Part shown: in pieces, positions 26,870 to 40,091 of the stretch | Position numbering within the stretch: the stretch's first letter is position 1 | Layout of the letters: each line of letters begins with the position of its first letter | NCBI GenBank assembly: GCA_964016885.1 | Contig: OZ024742.1 | Span: 88,164,001-88,228,000, forward strand | Reading direction: 5' to 3' | DNA length: 64,000 bases | From: Eledone cirrhosa | Lineage: Eukaryota | Position numbers and translations under genes: made by a program | Notes under the pieces: model-generated | Told to the model about the DNA's origin: nothing | Database searches by the model: none | The model's input: the letters and a program-made list of their open reading frames with translations, nothing else

Positions 26870-27188
26870 TAATTTTGGTATGTTTATGTACATGTTTTCT
26901 TCTAACTTTGATTTTGTACCTAATTGTGTATGATTGGCTATGTGTCTAGTCAATTTGTACTGGCTATTAGAAATACTAGGTAAATCTTCTGTGGCTGTTG
27001 ATCGCGGATAAAATAGCTATCATTTATTTATCTACTTTTTCTTCATAGGTACATTTTAAACTTATAGCCTCGTTTAATTGATTTTTTGTCTGGTTAATTA
27101 TGCTGATTGGGATGAGAAATACTGTATATATTTTATCAAATATTTTATCAAATGAAACGTAAAATGAGACTTCGTTTATTATAAATTC

Positions 27189-27245
27189 TCTGCTATATAT
27201 ATATTTCGGTGACAGCTATTATTGGTTGTGACCTCTTCAGGCAAA
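27189..27245 (-). ncRNA. Minimal type I hammerhead ribozyme in a PLE-type terminal repeat fragment
   Basis: Minus strand: tttgc CTGAAGA ggtcac..gtcacc GAAA tatatata TA gcaga. Palindromic stem III, AUA triplet; same family as 44264-44496. Confidence 0.75.
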
Positions 27246-27969
27246 CACTCCGAATTGGTGTGGAAAAGACAGATACACATGTTGTTTAAGTGTGTTCCAC
27301 TCGCTCAATACATCGATATGTCCAGCTCCGGGGTATGTTGTTAGTCCTGCAAGGAACTGGTATATATATATATATATATGCATATACATATGTGTGTATG
27401 TGAGTCCGCATGTGTGTGTCCATGTCTGTCATTCTGTTTCTGTGTGTGACTTAAACTATATCCCGTAAATTAGTGTTTCGACAAAAAAAATTCTATATTC
27501 GATAAAATAATACCTAGATATGAAAATAAATCAAAAGGGTCGATATATTGTTATAAATGTGCTCTATACATGGGAGAGCCGCATTCTAATGATTGAAATC
27601 AGATTGAATGAAAATATAATGAATAAATTCAATATGAAAATGTCAAAACCATCAAGAACATGAACTTACTTTTTTCACCTTTGAAATTGAATTTCAGGTC
27701 CATCAGATATTTGGAATTGTAATGCAGCAGATCTAACGAAAAGCAAAGCCTACAGCGACAGGAGAATGTTACGTTAACCTCAAATATTCGCAACCCAGTT
27801 CTGCAACTATTATATTGATCGATTATTATTATTATAGATATTTTTATTAGGATGGTAAAATCTTAATTTCAAATTCCCTAACATTTCTCTTTCTTTAAAC
27901 TTCTAGCTACAAGCATAACATTTTCTAAAAATATTATTAGTGACCAGCATTGCATTAGCATTTAAAAAA

Positions 27970-28630
27970 AATGTGTTTGTAAGTTCTCGAACGGAGCAGG
28001 TGCATGAGTATAGAGAGCATGATCTTTCGACATCGGTTGAGGTAATGCGGTTACATGGTCCGGATGTCTGATGATCGTGTTCCAAAACAACTTCTCTACG
28101 GTGAACATGCGTAAGAAGTCGACCACCACAGAAACCAAAAATGCGGTGTCGGGACTGTGTCAGAAGCACCTTGACATGGGCTGGAATTTCATCTGACGAA
28201 TGGTAGAAAATGGCTGAGGACTGTGTGAAGTGGAGACGTTTGATCATGTCGGGAAGAAAACTCTATGAAACTCGTCGAAGAGAACACCTAACACTGAAAA
28301 GGAAAGTGAGGAAAAGGGATTGTTTTTAACTGCCTGCTGTTGAGCAACATCTAGTTTACCAGCACAGTGGTCGAGTCTGCCTGAGCAAAGCTGGTTTGAT
28401 TAGACATGAACAAAGTCATATCAGTAGACCTGATGTAGATTATGATCTGAAAAGGTGTAAGGAATGTGGCAAGAATTGTGTAAGCATGGGAGGTCTTGAA
28501 AGACATGAGAACACACTGTCACAACCAAGCAGTGGAAAATCCAAGAAGAGCCTACACTCGAGATGTGTGTGCCAGAGAGTGCAGGTCTTTGGCTGGTTTA
28601 AAGAGCCACATTCGTGCTCACATTTTTGAA
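27970..28630 (+). mobile_element. RTE-type LINE 3' end with C2H2 zinc-finger remnants
   Basis: Translation MVRMSDDRVPKQLLYGE..RPPQKPKMRCRDCV; then CLSKAGLIRHE, CKECGKNCVSMGGLERHE and CARECRSLAGLKSHIRAH. Confidence 0.75.
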
Positions 28631-28834
28631 CATTTTATCATGGAAGGTAATACTCGAACACGTTCAGTTAAAAATAATATTTAAATAATTGAAATATACA
28701 CAGACATGTATATAGTATAAAATGAAACTGGAAGGCCCATATATATGCGTGTGTATGTATATACATATATTTATATACATAAATACATATATATACATGT
28801 ATATACATAATAATATATATATATAAAGGTATAT

Positions 28835-29042
28835 ATAGGAGAAGAGTCAGAACCCCGACGCCAGAGCTCAAGCCGTTTCTACAGCTATTTCTGGACGCTG
28901 CGTCCAGAAATAGCTGTCGAAACGGCTTGAGCTCTGGCGTCGGGGTTCTGACTCTTCTCCTATTACCCACTCTACTACCCAAAGTATCGAATACACTGGT
29001 GCGTTATGGTCCACCTGGTTCCTTAACACACTTCCTTCGTTA
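28835..29042. repeat. Fold-back palindrome (64-nt arms, 28835-28963) derived from a PLE terminal repeat
   Basis: Arms match with one mismatch around a single central T at 28899. Family members at 38622, 50725, 51967 and 53352; the 38622 copy adjoins a GIY-YIG remnant. Confidence 0.85.
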
Positions 29043-29656
29043 TATATATAAAGGTTAGATACCGTAGTAATGACGGAAGAATAATCAAACAAATGGTGAA
29101 TTGGGAATTCATTTCGTTCATTTACTGTTCAGCAATTAAAGCTGAACTAATGTGTTTATTTACGCACATTCTTGTTTTATTTGTTGGATATATATATATA
29201 CACTCTAGATTTTTTTTAACTCAAAGACAAAAGAATTTTATATGGAGACAATTATTTCGATTAAATTTCAGCAGGCCTTCGCTCGTTTCATCATTGTATA
29301 TAATCTGTTTGACTAGAGTAAAATCTAATTTCATCAAGGATACTTAGTGAAAACCGTATATTCAAATTCTGTATATAGAGTAAATTGTTATATTGGGGTA
29401 ATATTTTCCTATATATATATGTGTGTGTGTGCGTGTATGTGCGTGTGTGTGCCTGTGTGTGCCTGTGTGTGTAAGTGTGTGTAAGTGTGTTTTTGTGTGT
29501 GGGTATGTTTTTTTTATATTGGCGTGTTTAACCATTTGCTTGGTCTAGTCATTCAAATTAGTAGACCATTATGCAATAAGCAAACACCGCGACGTTATGC
29601 GTATTATCAATTGAGTACTGAGTACTCTTATCTTTCAGCCGTCAATCACATACAGC

Positions 29657-29785
<129 letters not shown>

Positions 29786-29786
29786 T

Positions 29787-32501
29787 AAGAGAGTATTGAA
29801 ATTTGCTTGAAGCAGTGTGGAATAATAAGATTTATTTTCTTTTGGTCGTTTTGGAAGCCTCAACAATGCAGATGGGTAAGTCTCCGGGTAACAGGATCCG
29901 GTGGGGAAGAGAGAGATGTAAGGGGTGTAGAATAAGATGTATAGTGTGTAGAGAAACGTAGGAAAGAGCGTAAACAATAAAAATAATAACACGAGGTAGA
30001 GTTACGTTGGGAGAGATTTAATTGCCACAATATTTCGGATTCGCATCCATCAACTAGAGGTTTTCCGGCGTGGGAGGTGGGGGAGTTATCTGTCGGAGAG
30101 GAACGGTACGTGTCTTCTGCTGTTCTCTGTTTGTGACTAACGTGCAGATCGCACGTACGCACGGAATAGGTGCGGTCAAGCAAAGGTCGAAGCAGTTCTT
30201 TTAATTGTGGGAGTGGGATGGCGTTAGCTGTCAATCCTTTGTACTATTCATCTGTGGTGGTTTTTGGTACTAGCAGTGTAGTATAGTCGTATGGTATTAG
30301 TCTGGCTGGTCGCTTGTTGGACGGTGGAAGGTGGCGATGCTACACACACAATAACAATCGTTCGAATGCCACTGTCGGTGTGTGTGTGCGTGTGTTGTTG
30401 TGTCATTTGTTAACACCAACCACCTCATTTAGCTTCCCTCGGATCGATTAGTTATTTGTGGCCCTAGGCGTTTGATCAAAAGTACTTCCTTGATTCGTCA
30501 CGTGCCGACGTTGCATTCTGTCGCTAGCACTGTGACAATCGTCATTCTGTTTTTGTTTCCACATTTGGTTACGTGTTTCCAGAAAGACGATGCCCTGGTG
30601 TTGATGTGCTCCTTGATCCGGATATGTAGCGGCCGGATTGTGCTACCGATATAGTAGTGGTTGCACTTGTCACATTGTACCTTATACACGACGTATGTGC
30701 GTAGGCACAGTTCGTATGGCGCATCGAACAGTTTCTGAGAGAACCCGCGTCAGTCGATTTCCCGGGTTGTCTGGAGAGGTATCTCCGTAGGGAGGGGCCC
30801 GAGTGAGCCAGGTGGATGTCGAGGCCCTCACTCCGTATAACCCTGCGGATAGCGTTGGTGGTATTTTAAGGAAGCACTTGCCTTGCTTGTTTCTCTGCCT
30901 CTAGCGTCTGGTGTCTCTTACTCTGTTTGTGAGATAGGCTGGGTATCCCTTCGACTCCAGCACTTTGAGGAATCGCTTGGTGTGGTTGACACCACTCAGG
31001 GTATCGCTGCATCTGTTTTTAATTCAAGTGATCTCGTTCGTGATGTACCCACTTTTAGCACTGTTAGGGAGGGCAGACTTGTAGTGGACGAACAAGTCCT
31101 TGCAGGCTGCCTTGCGGTAGAAGTTAGTGTGGATCCCTCCCTGCTCCGGGATGTTGATTCGGAAGTGGAGGAGGGCAAGTGACCGTTCGTTGCTGGGGTG
31201 TTCAACACTGAAATCAATGTTCTCTTCCGTGTTGTTGAACGTCTCATAAATTCCGTTCGCCATCTCCTGGGAAGATGTGAGGATGAGGATGTTGTCCACG
31301 TCCCTTGAGAAAAAGGCGGCGGCGTTGGGGTGGCAGGTGTTGAGTGCCTTACGCTCGAGGCTGTCCATGCATGAGATCGCTAGCTCACCCGACAGGCTTG
31401 AGCCCATGGGTAGCCCCGAGGTTTGCCGGTATATTTGGTCGAGAAAACCGAAGTACGTGTTGTCAACGACGTCAGATAGGAGTTTGTGTATCAGTGGGGG
31501 TGAACCCGAAACAGTGTAGGTCGGTAGATTGAACGCGTTCCATCAGTATATCAACGGCCGGAAGCGCCGGGATCGAGGTGTAAAGAGCGACTACATCAAA
31601 GCTAAAGGCATATCTGTTAGCCTCTCTGGTATCGACATCCATTTGATGCAGGCGCTCCAGCACCTCCTCGGAGCTGTTTACGTGTCCCGCAAGGTGTCTA
31701 GTATGGGTTTGAGTATTCTGGCTAGCAACCATGAAATTACGTAGACCAGTCCTTCCACGCTCGATACAACAGGTCTGATCTTCAGGTCGGGTCCCTGTTT
31801 GTGATGTTTTTACAAGGTGGTAGAAGGCGGGTCCTCTTCTGTTCATCGTGAGGAGGTTGTATCTGAGATTCTTCGGGAGCTTCGCTGGTCACAGATGTTG
31901 GTCCAGGCGGCTTTGATGTGCTCATTGATCTGCGCGGGAGTGATTCATGTGACTTTGGAGTAGAGGTTGTCATCGCCAAGGTGTTGGAGGGCTAGGGTGT
32001 TGTAGGCCTCTCTGCTGATGACGCAGAGCTATTTTCCCTTGTCGGATGGGAGGTACATGAGGTTCTTCGATTACAGGTTGGAGAGAGTGGTGATTTGAGA
32101 ACGCCATCCCAATCCCACAATTAAAAGAACTGCTTTGACCTTTGCTTGACCGGACCTATTCCGCGCGCACGTGCGATCTGCAGAATACCTAAGTTAGTCA
32201 CAAACAGCGAACAGCAGATGACATGTACCGTTCCTCTCCGACAGATAACTGCCCCCCCTCCCGGAAAACCCCCCAGTTGATAGATGCGAATCCGAAATAT
32301 AGGAACAATTAAATCTCACCCAAGGTAACTCTATCTCGTGGTATTATATATATTTTTACGCTCTTTCCTACGTTCCTCTACACACTATACATCACATTCT
32401 ACATTACCTTACATCTCTCTCTTCACCACCGGATCCTGTTACCCGGAGACTTAACCATCTCCATTGTTGAGGCTTCCAAAGCGACCAACAGAAAATAAAT
32501 C
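29787..32501 (-). mobile_element. Penelope-like element family P1 (RT and C-terminal GIY-YIG, frameshifted) with inverted terminal repeat
   Basis: FSFDVVALYTSIP, MGSSLSGELA, FFSRDVDNIL, FYRKAACKDLFVHYKSALP, YKVQCDKCNHYYIGSTIRPL. 32110-32501 is the reverse complement of ~29825-30214. (TA)n on both sides. Confidence 0.9.
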
Positions 32502-32799
<298 letters not shown>

Positions 32800-35736
32800 G
32801 TTTGAAAATGGCATATCATGATTGCAGACTGTTAGATAGTCGAAAGTGTGGCTATTTATTTCTTGCAAATATTTTACAAATTCCTAAATTGTAAACGAAC
32901 CATTCAGTAAATACCCAACCAGAATTTAACAGTTAAGAGTTTTAGTTACGTTCCCAGAGGTCAGTGTTATCATTGATAAAGAAATATATATGTTATCATA
33001 CTGTCTGCTCCATTCTATGTTCCATGAACATTATATGTTAAATGTATCTAAAATTCATGGCACCGAAACCTAGCACTAATTGTTACTTACTATTGAATAC
33101 TTATGTGATTACTCTTGGATACTTATGTGATTTCTCACATACGCGTGTCCCAATAGATAATCCTTGACGAGAATGATATAGTAGCTGCATTTGTTCACAT
33201 GTCTTGCATTGGAATCATTTTTTATTGTCAGATATCCAATTTCAATTAGTTTATGCACAAGTTTGCTCATGACTTCGATCTTCTTTACTATACCGTCATA
33301 CACACATATACAACTTCTACCACGCAATAATAATCTGCCTTAACGTTTGGCATCTATAAGAAAATATCGTATCTCGACGTATCTCGACGTATCTCGAAAT
33401 AAATGGAGCACTCTCATGTATAAAGTTATCGAACATATATATGGAAGATTAGGAATAACTAATGGCATATTATATCCGTAAAACACAATTATATCTACAT
33501 ATAAACAACATCCAAATATATCCCTTGAAATGTTTACGAAAGGTTTGCTTTATGATGGACACAACTGCAAAATGATAACAGATAAAACGCTGCATCACAA
33601 AAATTAGTTTTTCGTTTTCGTTACCAGAAAAAAATTCAGTTTAGACTTACAAATTTTAAACGCAATCTACATTAATGAGCTCAATTATTTATCATAATGA
33701 ATGTATCTAAATCGACAATGAATGTAACTAAATCGATAATGCATAACAACATTATCATTTAATTGTTTAAGAATGACTTGGACCAGAAATATATTAGTTA
33801 ACACTTCTCTATGCAATACGATTTGAGGATATCCCTTTTTTACTCCTGTGTCTACCAAACTCTAATCAAATAATAGGAAACGATACCAATATACCAGATA
33901 TATTCGTTAGGAATTATTCTTTAAACTTATGATTAGCTTTTCGCTGTCGCAAGATACCGATGTATTTGCAAAATTTCAGAGTTCATAGAAGCGTTTCGTT
34001 AAAATCCCCATATACATAGATATAGTTGCCATTTATGAAACGAATTATGAAAGTGAAAGTGTAATGTATTTTATATAAATCTTCAATTCGACACAGCGAA
34101 TGCTGGTTGCAGTAATAGTTGGATGCCCGCCCCAAGATATAATGACATTGTGTTGTGAATGACAACGATATAACGACATATTTTACATCAGATTTTATCT
34201 GTAGTTATAATTGGATATTGTAAGAAAATTACTGTTTGCTTTGAACGTCATGCTTTAACATTGAATGTCATGATTTAATTTAATGGCATGGGTCATGATC
34301 CAGGCATTTACGCTTTGCGTCTGTTTTATTCGACGTCAAGTGAAAATGGTATCTAAATCAGAAAGAGATATGCAATCAAATATTTATCAGTTACCTCCAC
34401 GGAAAATAATTTCCGTTTTGAATGTTGTCCATTTTCAGACTACGCAGTTGACCAATCTTCTATCGATTTTGTTTCACAATTTTATGTTGTAAGCAGTGAG
34501 ATATGGATAGTGAAATCAATAAATGCGCAATCATTACAGAAAACAAGTATCCTATGGTACCTTAGATATACATGAGTGTTCAGAATTCAAATGAGCATCG
34601 AATAGTCTGCAAAACTCTATGCATAGACGAAAATTGGATTTAAAAATTGAATATAAAATACTTTCATGGGAATGAAAATCTGCTTGAAGTGTAAAGAGGC
34701 AACATTCTCCCCTGAATTGAAATAATCTAGATCTTTTTCCACCAATACACTGTTTCCTGCAGGCAAAGATTTTTAAGGTGAAAATCAGACACATTACCAT
34801 CGCAAATGCATGCAAATAACGTGTGATTTACTTATTCCAACCTATCTATCGTAATAAAAATGTTTCAAGGTATATTGCTTATTTCACAGGTCCCGTGTCT
34901 AAATGTCAGGACACATGTCATTTATAAACATTATTCAGAAAGAAACGAGCAATAATATTAAGGATTGTAAAATAGCAAATAGTAAAATAGTACGTTATAT
35001 AATGCTTCAAAATGTCTCCTATAATTTTAGTTTCAAATTCAAATAGAACGAGTTTCCATTTCATGATTTCTTTACGAAACTTATCTGGCAGGATTCTCGA
35101 TTATTGACATTTCCAGTGTATTGTATTTTTAAATTTAGATATTGAATATTCGAATGTGTTAATTCATAATTTCCTGAGAAGAATGGTCTTTGACGCCAGT
35201 TAGTAAAATTATTCTGTCTATAATAACAAATAATTTAATTCATTCTACTTAGTGAATATGTATGGGAACAATGGCATTGAGTATTTTAAACCAACAGGAT
35301 ACCGCGGCGAAATTACCAATGAATTAGATGCCGAAGACAAATGAACATTTTCTACAGCTAAACATTTATCTGTGATTAGAAAACATATCTAAATATTAAT
35401 TTAATGATTAAAAATTGTTCTGGACCCTTATCTTCGTACTAAGTTCTGTATATTTGTTTTGATCAGTATTCGCCAGTTTGTCTGTTAAGACAATTATCCC
35501 TGACAAATTACAGAAATGGCTAATATATTTCATTTCATTTACATTAACACATAATCTCGCGTAAGGAAAATTCATTATCTCGAAATAATATAATTCATCA
35601 AATGAAAATATTTCTGAGTTTAAACTGAAAATGATAACGAGTTGCATAGTTCTATATTCAGGCGGAGGGGTAAAATTATTCCTTATTTCAGATTTTTCTA
35701 ATTATAAGTAATCAAGACTGTCTCCAAAATACAGTT

Positions 35737-35814
<78 letters not shown>

Positions 35815-35889
35815 GTATGGATAGTATATTCATATATGCATCGCTATTTCAGAGCACAAATCCTTATATATATATATATATATATATAA

Positions 35890-37450
35890 GTAGTTCCACA
35901 ACAGCTAGTTCACCATTACCGAGAACAATTGTTTCTCCTTATTCAGATCATCAGCTCGGTTTAAATGAGGTTGAACGGAAAAGAAATATCGTATGTTCGA
36001 ATACGCATGTACAGAAACAGACACTTCGTGGATACTCAGAATAATCTGTAGCTTTGTAATCACGTAATAGGTGTTTCCAGACGTGTGGACAACGCAAGAA
36101 ATGTCAATCCTTGATTAAAACAAGCCGTATTACGCAATTTTCTCAGGATATTGATTATTTGTTCAATACACAGCCCACCAGATGGATCCTAATCCGTAAG
36201 GCTTAGCCCTAGTAATAACTTTCCATTGAATGGATTACTTTACGCCTGTATCATTGTGGGACCATACGTGGCTCGCGAGTTTCGTGGCCGATCGTTTCTC
36301 CGGGTTTATGAAGGTCGAGTGTTGATTCAGGAAGCGTTCTTCAAACCGGCTCTCTGCCATAGCTACATAGTATTTGACTTCTTGTCGTTTATTCGGTCGG
36401 TTGGAAGTGACCACAGCTTCGTAAATTACAGCGGATGTGTTACATTGTTGTTGAAAGGGACATGCATCAGGCCTTCGGCAAGGATACCTTGGTTTGGTTC
36501 TGCTCTTAGCGCTGTTGTTGATGTGAGCCTTCATATTCTGAGCGCAGGAGTATCCTAGTTTCCAGCTGTCCCTTTTATAATATGGAACGGTATTTGTGAC
36601 CTATGGGAAGCGACTATCAATTTGAGCTAAAACAACACTTTTACCTACGTTAGTTTAACTTTGAGTGAGAAGGGTGGTGGTGGCGCGTGGGTGGGTGGGG
36701 GGTGGGTGGGGGGGGGGGGGGGGGCGAATTATTTTTTTATTAGCACGATTTCTTTTCCTATTTCTGTTGGCGTTAATCTGGGAGTAAGCAATAGGTTGCA
36801 AGAAGCTGCTGTTAGCTAACGCCACATTGTAGTAGGGTGCCGTTCTGGAAACGATCGTTTATTAGAGAAGATGTTAGAGATTCTAGTGCCGATATTTTTC
36901 ATAAAGTTTCTAAAAGCTCTAGGTGGGTGGCGTGAGTCGTTGTGTATGTAATTTAGATTTTTATTTAGTTTATTGAAGGGTCTAAAGGTGTGTGAAGATC
37001 TAAAGTTATATCTAAGTAATCTACACTAGTAAGGTTAGTAGCTACCGTTATCATAAGCCTTAACTCATTAAATATAGTAATTAAATCTTTGTTTTCTAAC
37101 GATTCAGGTCGTGACTACTTTTATGGGCACTTTTATGACTGACTCATAGAGTGTTTCAAATCTTTCAACTCCAAAAAATGATGTTCACCCAGTTCGACAT
37201 TGTGGATTTTTACCCGTCGATCTCGGGGACCCTGTTGAACAAAGCGTTGGACATTGCCACCACTGACACTGCAGTCATTGATTTAGAGAGGGAGATCATT
37301 GAACATTGCTGGAAACCCTCCTCTTCAACAATGGATTAGCCTGGGCAAAGAAATCAACTACTTCGGAACTATTCGACGTAACAATGGGATCATTCGATAG
37401 AGTTGATGTATGCGACTTGGTTGGCTTATTTATTTCATATACGTTACACA
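35890..37450 (-). mobile_element. Penelope-like element family P2 remnant with an inverted RT segment
   Basis: Minus ORF 36235-36534 (CPF..C..AVIYEA..YYVAMAESRFEERF..H..F..TKLASHVW, GIY-YIG type). RT C-terminal remnant on minus ~36900-37100 (VDYLDI, YIHNDSRHPP). RT motifs QFDIVDFYPSI and MGSFD..VCDLVGL on the plus strand at 37180-37440. HHR at the 3' end. Confidence 0.8.
35918..35960 (-). ncRNA. Intact minimal type I hammerhead ribozyme
   Basis: Minus strand: accgag CTGATGA tct gaataa gga GAAA caattg TT ctcggt. Perfect 6-bp stem I, complete core, palindromic stem III (aacaattgtt), GUU triplet. Confidence 0.85.
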
Positions 37451-37637
37451 CTAATGGCCGGACTTCCACACGGTTTTATACCACCACGATGGCTATGAAA
37501 TCTTGCATATATTAAGGTCAACTCTTTTCATTAATAAATGTTTTCTTTCTAAGGACTATGTTGGTTAAGAAAACTTAGTTGGTCATTTCATGTCAATATC
37601 TCAGTCAGCCTACGGAAAATACAGCCGACACGCATAG

Positions 37638-37669
<32 letters not shown>

Positions 37670-37785
37670 GCATATATACAGAGAAAGATAGAGAGAGAGA
37701 GAGGGGGAGAGAGGGAGAGAGAGAGAAAGAGAGAGAGAGAGTGAGGGAGGGAGACAGAACAGACAAAGAGAGAAAAAGACATATG

Positions 37786-37816
<31 letters not shown>

Positions 37817-38581
37817 ATATAAATATAAGTATGTACACGTACATACATATATGTATACAGACGTACAGTAGTAAGTATTTACATACATACATGCACACAT
37901 ATATATATATGTACGTATGGGCTTACCGAACATTTATTATAATGCTTGGTTTGTTTGTAAACAAACAGCCCGAATTATCAGCCGTACAGTGTTTGACAAC
38001 CATCGTTACCCTTTTGTTCAACACTGACAAAGGAACTATGAACTAGTTTCTAGTTTATTAGCTGTCATCAGCACTGTATATCTTCCTGTCAGTTGATTGA
38101 ACGTTTGAAAGTATATATTTTCCTTATGCATATTAACGGCTGAGTAGCCTAATTTGGATATCGAGTGAGTTAGTCGGAAGTGCGTATCGAAAACGAGGAA
38201 GAGAGGGTATAGTATCCCCTCTCTTCCTCCTTTATTACAGCTAATATAAATACTTCAATTTTTCTGATTTTTTCCAATTTATCCAATATCTTTGAAGAAG
38301 TGACAACTGATTATACATTTGCTATCGAATACTTGCTAACATTATATGATTACGCAAGCAGCGATACATAGGTATTCCGTCTGTTACAGAAACATATGTC
38401 AATACCTAATAAATTACTTTTAAAAAAAAAAGAAAAGAAAAAAAAAAGCACTTTAATTTTATATTCATCTTTCTACATTTTCTCCGGAATATAATTCATA
38501 CTCGTTGAGCAAACCTACACGTACGCTGTTCATCTCTAACGTAACGATATATTATCACTATATTATTGATAACCTGAAATG

Positions 38582-38621
<40 letters not shown>

Positions 38622-38624
<3 letters not shown>

Positions 38625-39212
38625 TAAAAAGTATGACCCCGACGGCCGACTCAAGCCGTTTTCACGGCTATTTCTGGACTAAATTAGAATGTTTAGCCTG
38701 GTAAATAAATAGCTGAACTTGGCAAGGGCTACTTTCTTATATGGGAAGATTCTAGTTGTTAAGAGGATCGGTCAAAATTTGTTGTAAACACATATAAATC
38801 TATCATGGCATTTGGTGGCAGGTAGGGGCGGGGACTGAACTTGCCTGTAGAACAGCGAGCGAGTGAGTGGAGCCAGTCAAGCGTTGAAAGTTAAATCTAT
38901 ACTGCAGATTCTAAGGATAGATATGAAAAGTCGAAAAGCAGAAATATAATTTACTGCATTAAATGCCCGAATTGTAAAGAACTATATGTCGGTCAAACTG
39001 GAAATGCACTATCGGAACGTGCACGGGTACACCGACAGCAAATCAGAGACCCACATGTCCGTCAGATACCCCTAAGTAACCATCTAGGAACATGTGGTTA
39101 GGGAATATTTATATTTCCATTCTACAAATTACACAGCCCAAGTGAAATCAAGAGAATAATCAAAGAAAATAATTTTATTGATAAATTCAAACCCAAGTTA
39201 AATGAGCAATAA
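38622..39212 (+). mobile_element. Penelope-like family P3 remnant: inverted terminal repeat piece followed by GIY-YIG C-terminus
   Basis: ~38935-39210 translates NIIYCIKCPNCKELYVGQTGNALSERARVHRQQIR..LSNHL..IKENNFIDKFKPKLN; 38622-38680 matches the 28835 palindrome family. Confidence 0.8.
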
Positions 39213-39274
39213 TAATGGAGTATTAATCCTACTATGACTATGACTACGACCACTAACAACAACAACAGCAATAA

Positions 39275-39459
39275 TTGTTTCTACTTTAGGCACAAGGCCA
39301 GCAATTACCCAGTGAATTACTGGTACATTATTTTATCGACCCCGTAAGGATGAAAGGCAAAGTCAACTTCGGCGGGATTTGAACTCAGATCGTAAAGGGA
39401 CGTAACTATGCTGGAAAGCATGGCGTCCGACCCTCTACCGATAGTGCCAATCCACCGCC
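39275..39459 (-). mobile_element. Full-length tRNA-derived SINE with Deu/Nin-like domain
   Basis: Minus strand: ggcggtggattggcactatcggtagag (A-box-like), gagttcaaatcccg (B box), gactttgcctttcatccttacggggtcgataaaa. Confidence 0.85.
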
Positions 39460-40091
39460 AACAGCAATCATAATTATAAAAGTGATGTTGATGATTACTA
39501 GAAAAAGCTATTTTCATCATTTCTAAAAAGAACAATACAATTGATGCTTTGGATAGCGTCAATTGGTAGTCGTTAGACATTCTCAACCAACCGTGACGCC
39601 TAAACCAATCAGCTTTAGTAATCCAGTGAACCTACACACCGATTAGTCGAAATACAGTTTGCAAGATTTAGCATTCTGGAGCCACTTTTCACTGTATACA
39701 AGGCACAACATTTACCCATTCCATTACAGTTGAAAATTGCAAACTTGACTGTCACCACACAATATGAATCTGAAGATTACGAAAGCATGAAAGTACTTGT
39801 TGAATTAACACTTAACATTTAATATTCTACCATAATATTTCATTCTAATACCATTATAAATGTTAAAGAATTTTAAAGGATTGTAAATAAAACGAGTAAA
39901 TCAGACAAAGTTGGAATTCCTTTTATTAATATAATCTTCTATACACAATCATACACACCTGTGTATATTTATCTATCTATCTATCTAAATATGTATATAC
40001 ATATATGCAAAGGTTTTATTTAAAATTGTTGGGATACAGCAAGTAAATATTTTATAACTGATATAAAGCACTCGACAAGTTTTGGGAGTAG

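Larger units (their letters stand above)
25398..27141 (+). mobile_element. Non-coding ~690-nt unit in two tandem copies plus an inverted partial copy, carrying a hammerhead motif (retrozyme-like or PLE terminal repeat)
   Basis: The anchor tactgtatatatt.tatcaaat recurs at 25741, 26422 and 27120; 25398-25740 is the reverse complement of ~26200-26545; CTGATGA at 26096 and 26792. Confidence 0.75.

Noticed and set aside
28396-28629. C2H2 zinc-finger host gene
   Set aside because: Frameshifted and contiguous with an RTE C-terminus; part of the retroelement.
29787-32501. TIR DNA transposon, or Naiad-type PLE
   Set aside because: The interior codes RT with a C-terminal GIY-YIG, so it is a canonical-order PLE with an inverted terminal repeat.
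33109-33355. Minus ORF near a good acceptor (ttttcttatag)
   Set aside because: All three frames from the acceptor hit stops early.
33369-33398. Three copies of gtatctcga(c)
   Set aside because: Short local slippage repeat with no further support.
39275-39459. tRNA gene
   Set aside because: A/B boxes only, no cloverleaf; multi-copy SINE body follows.
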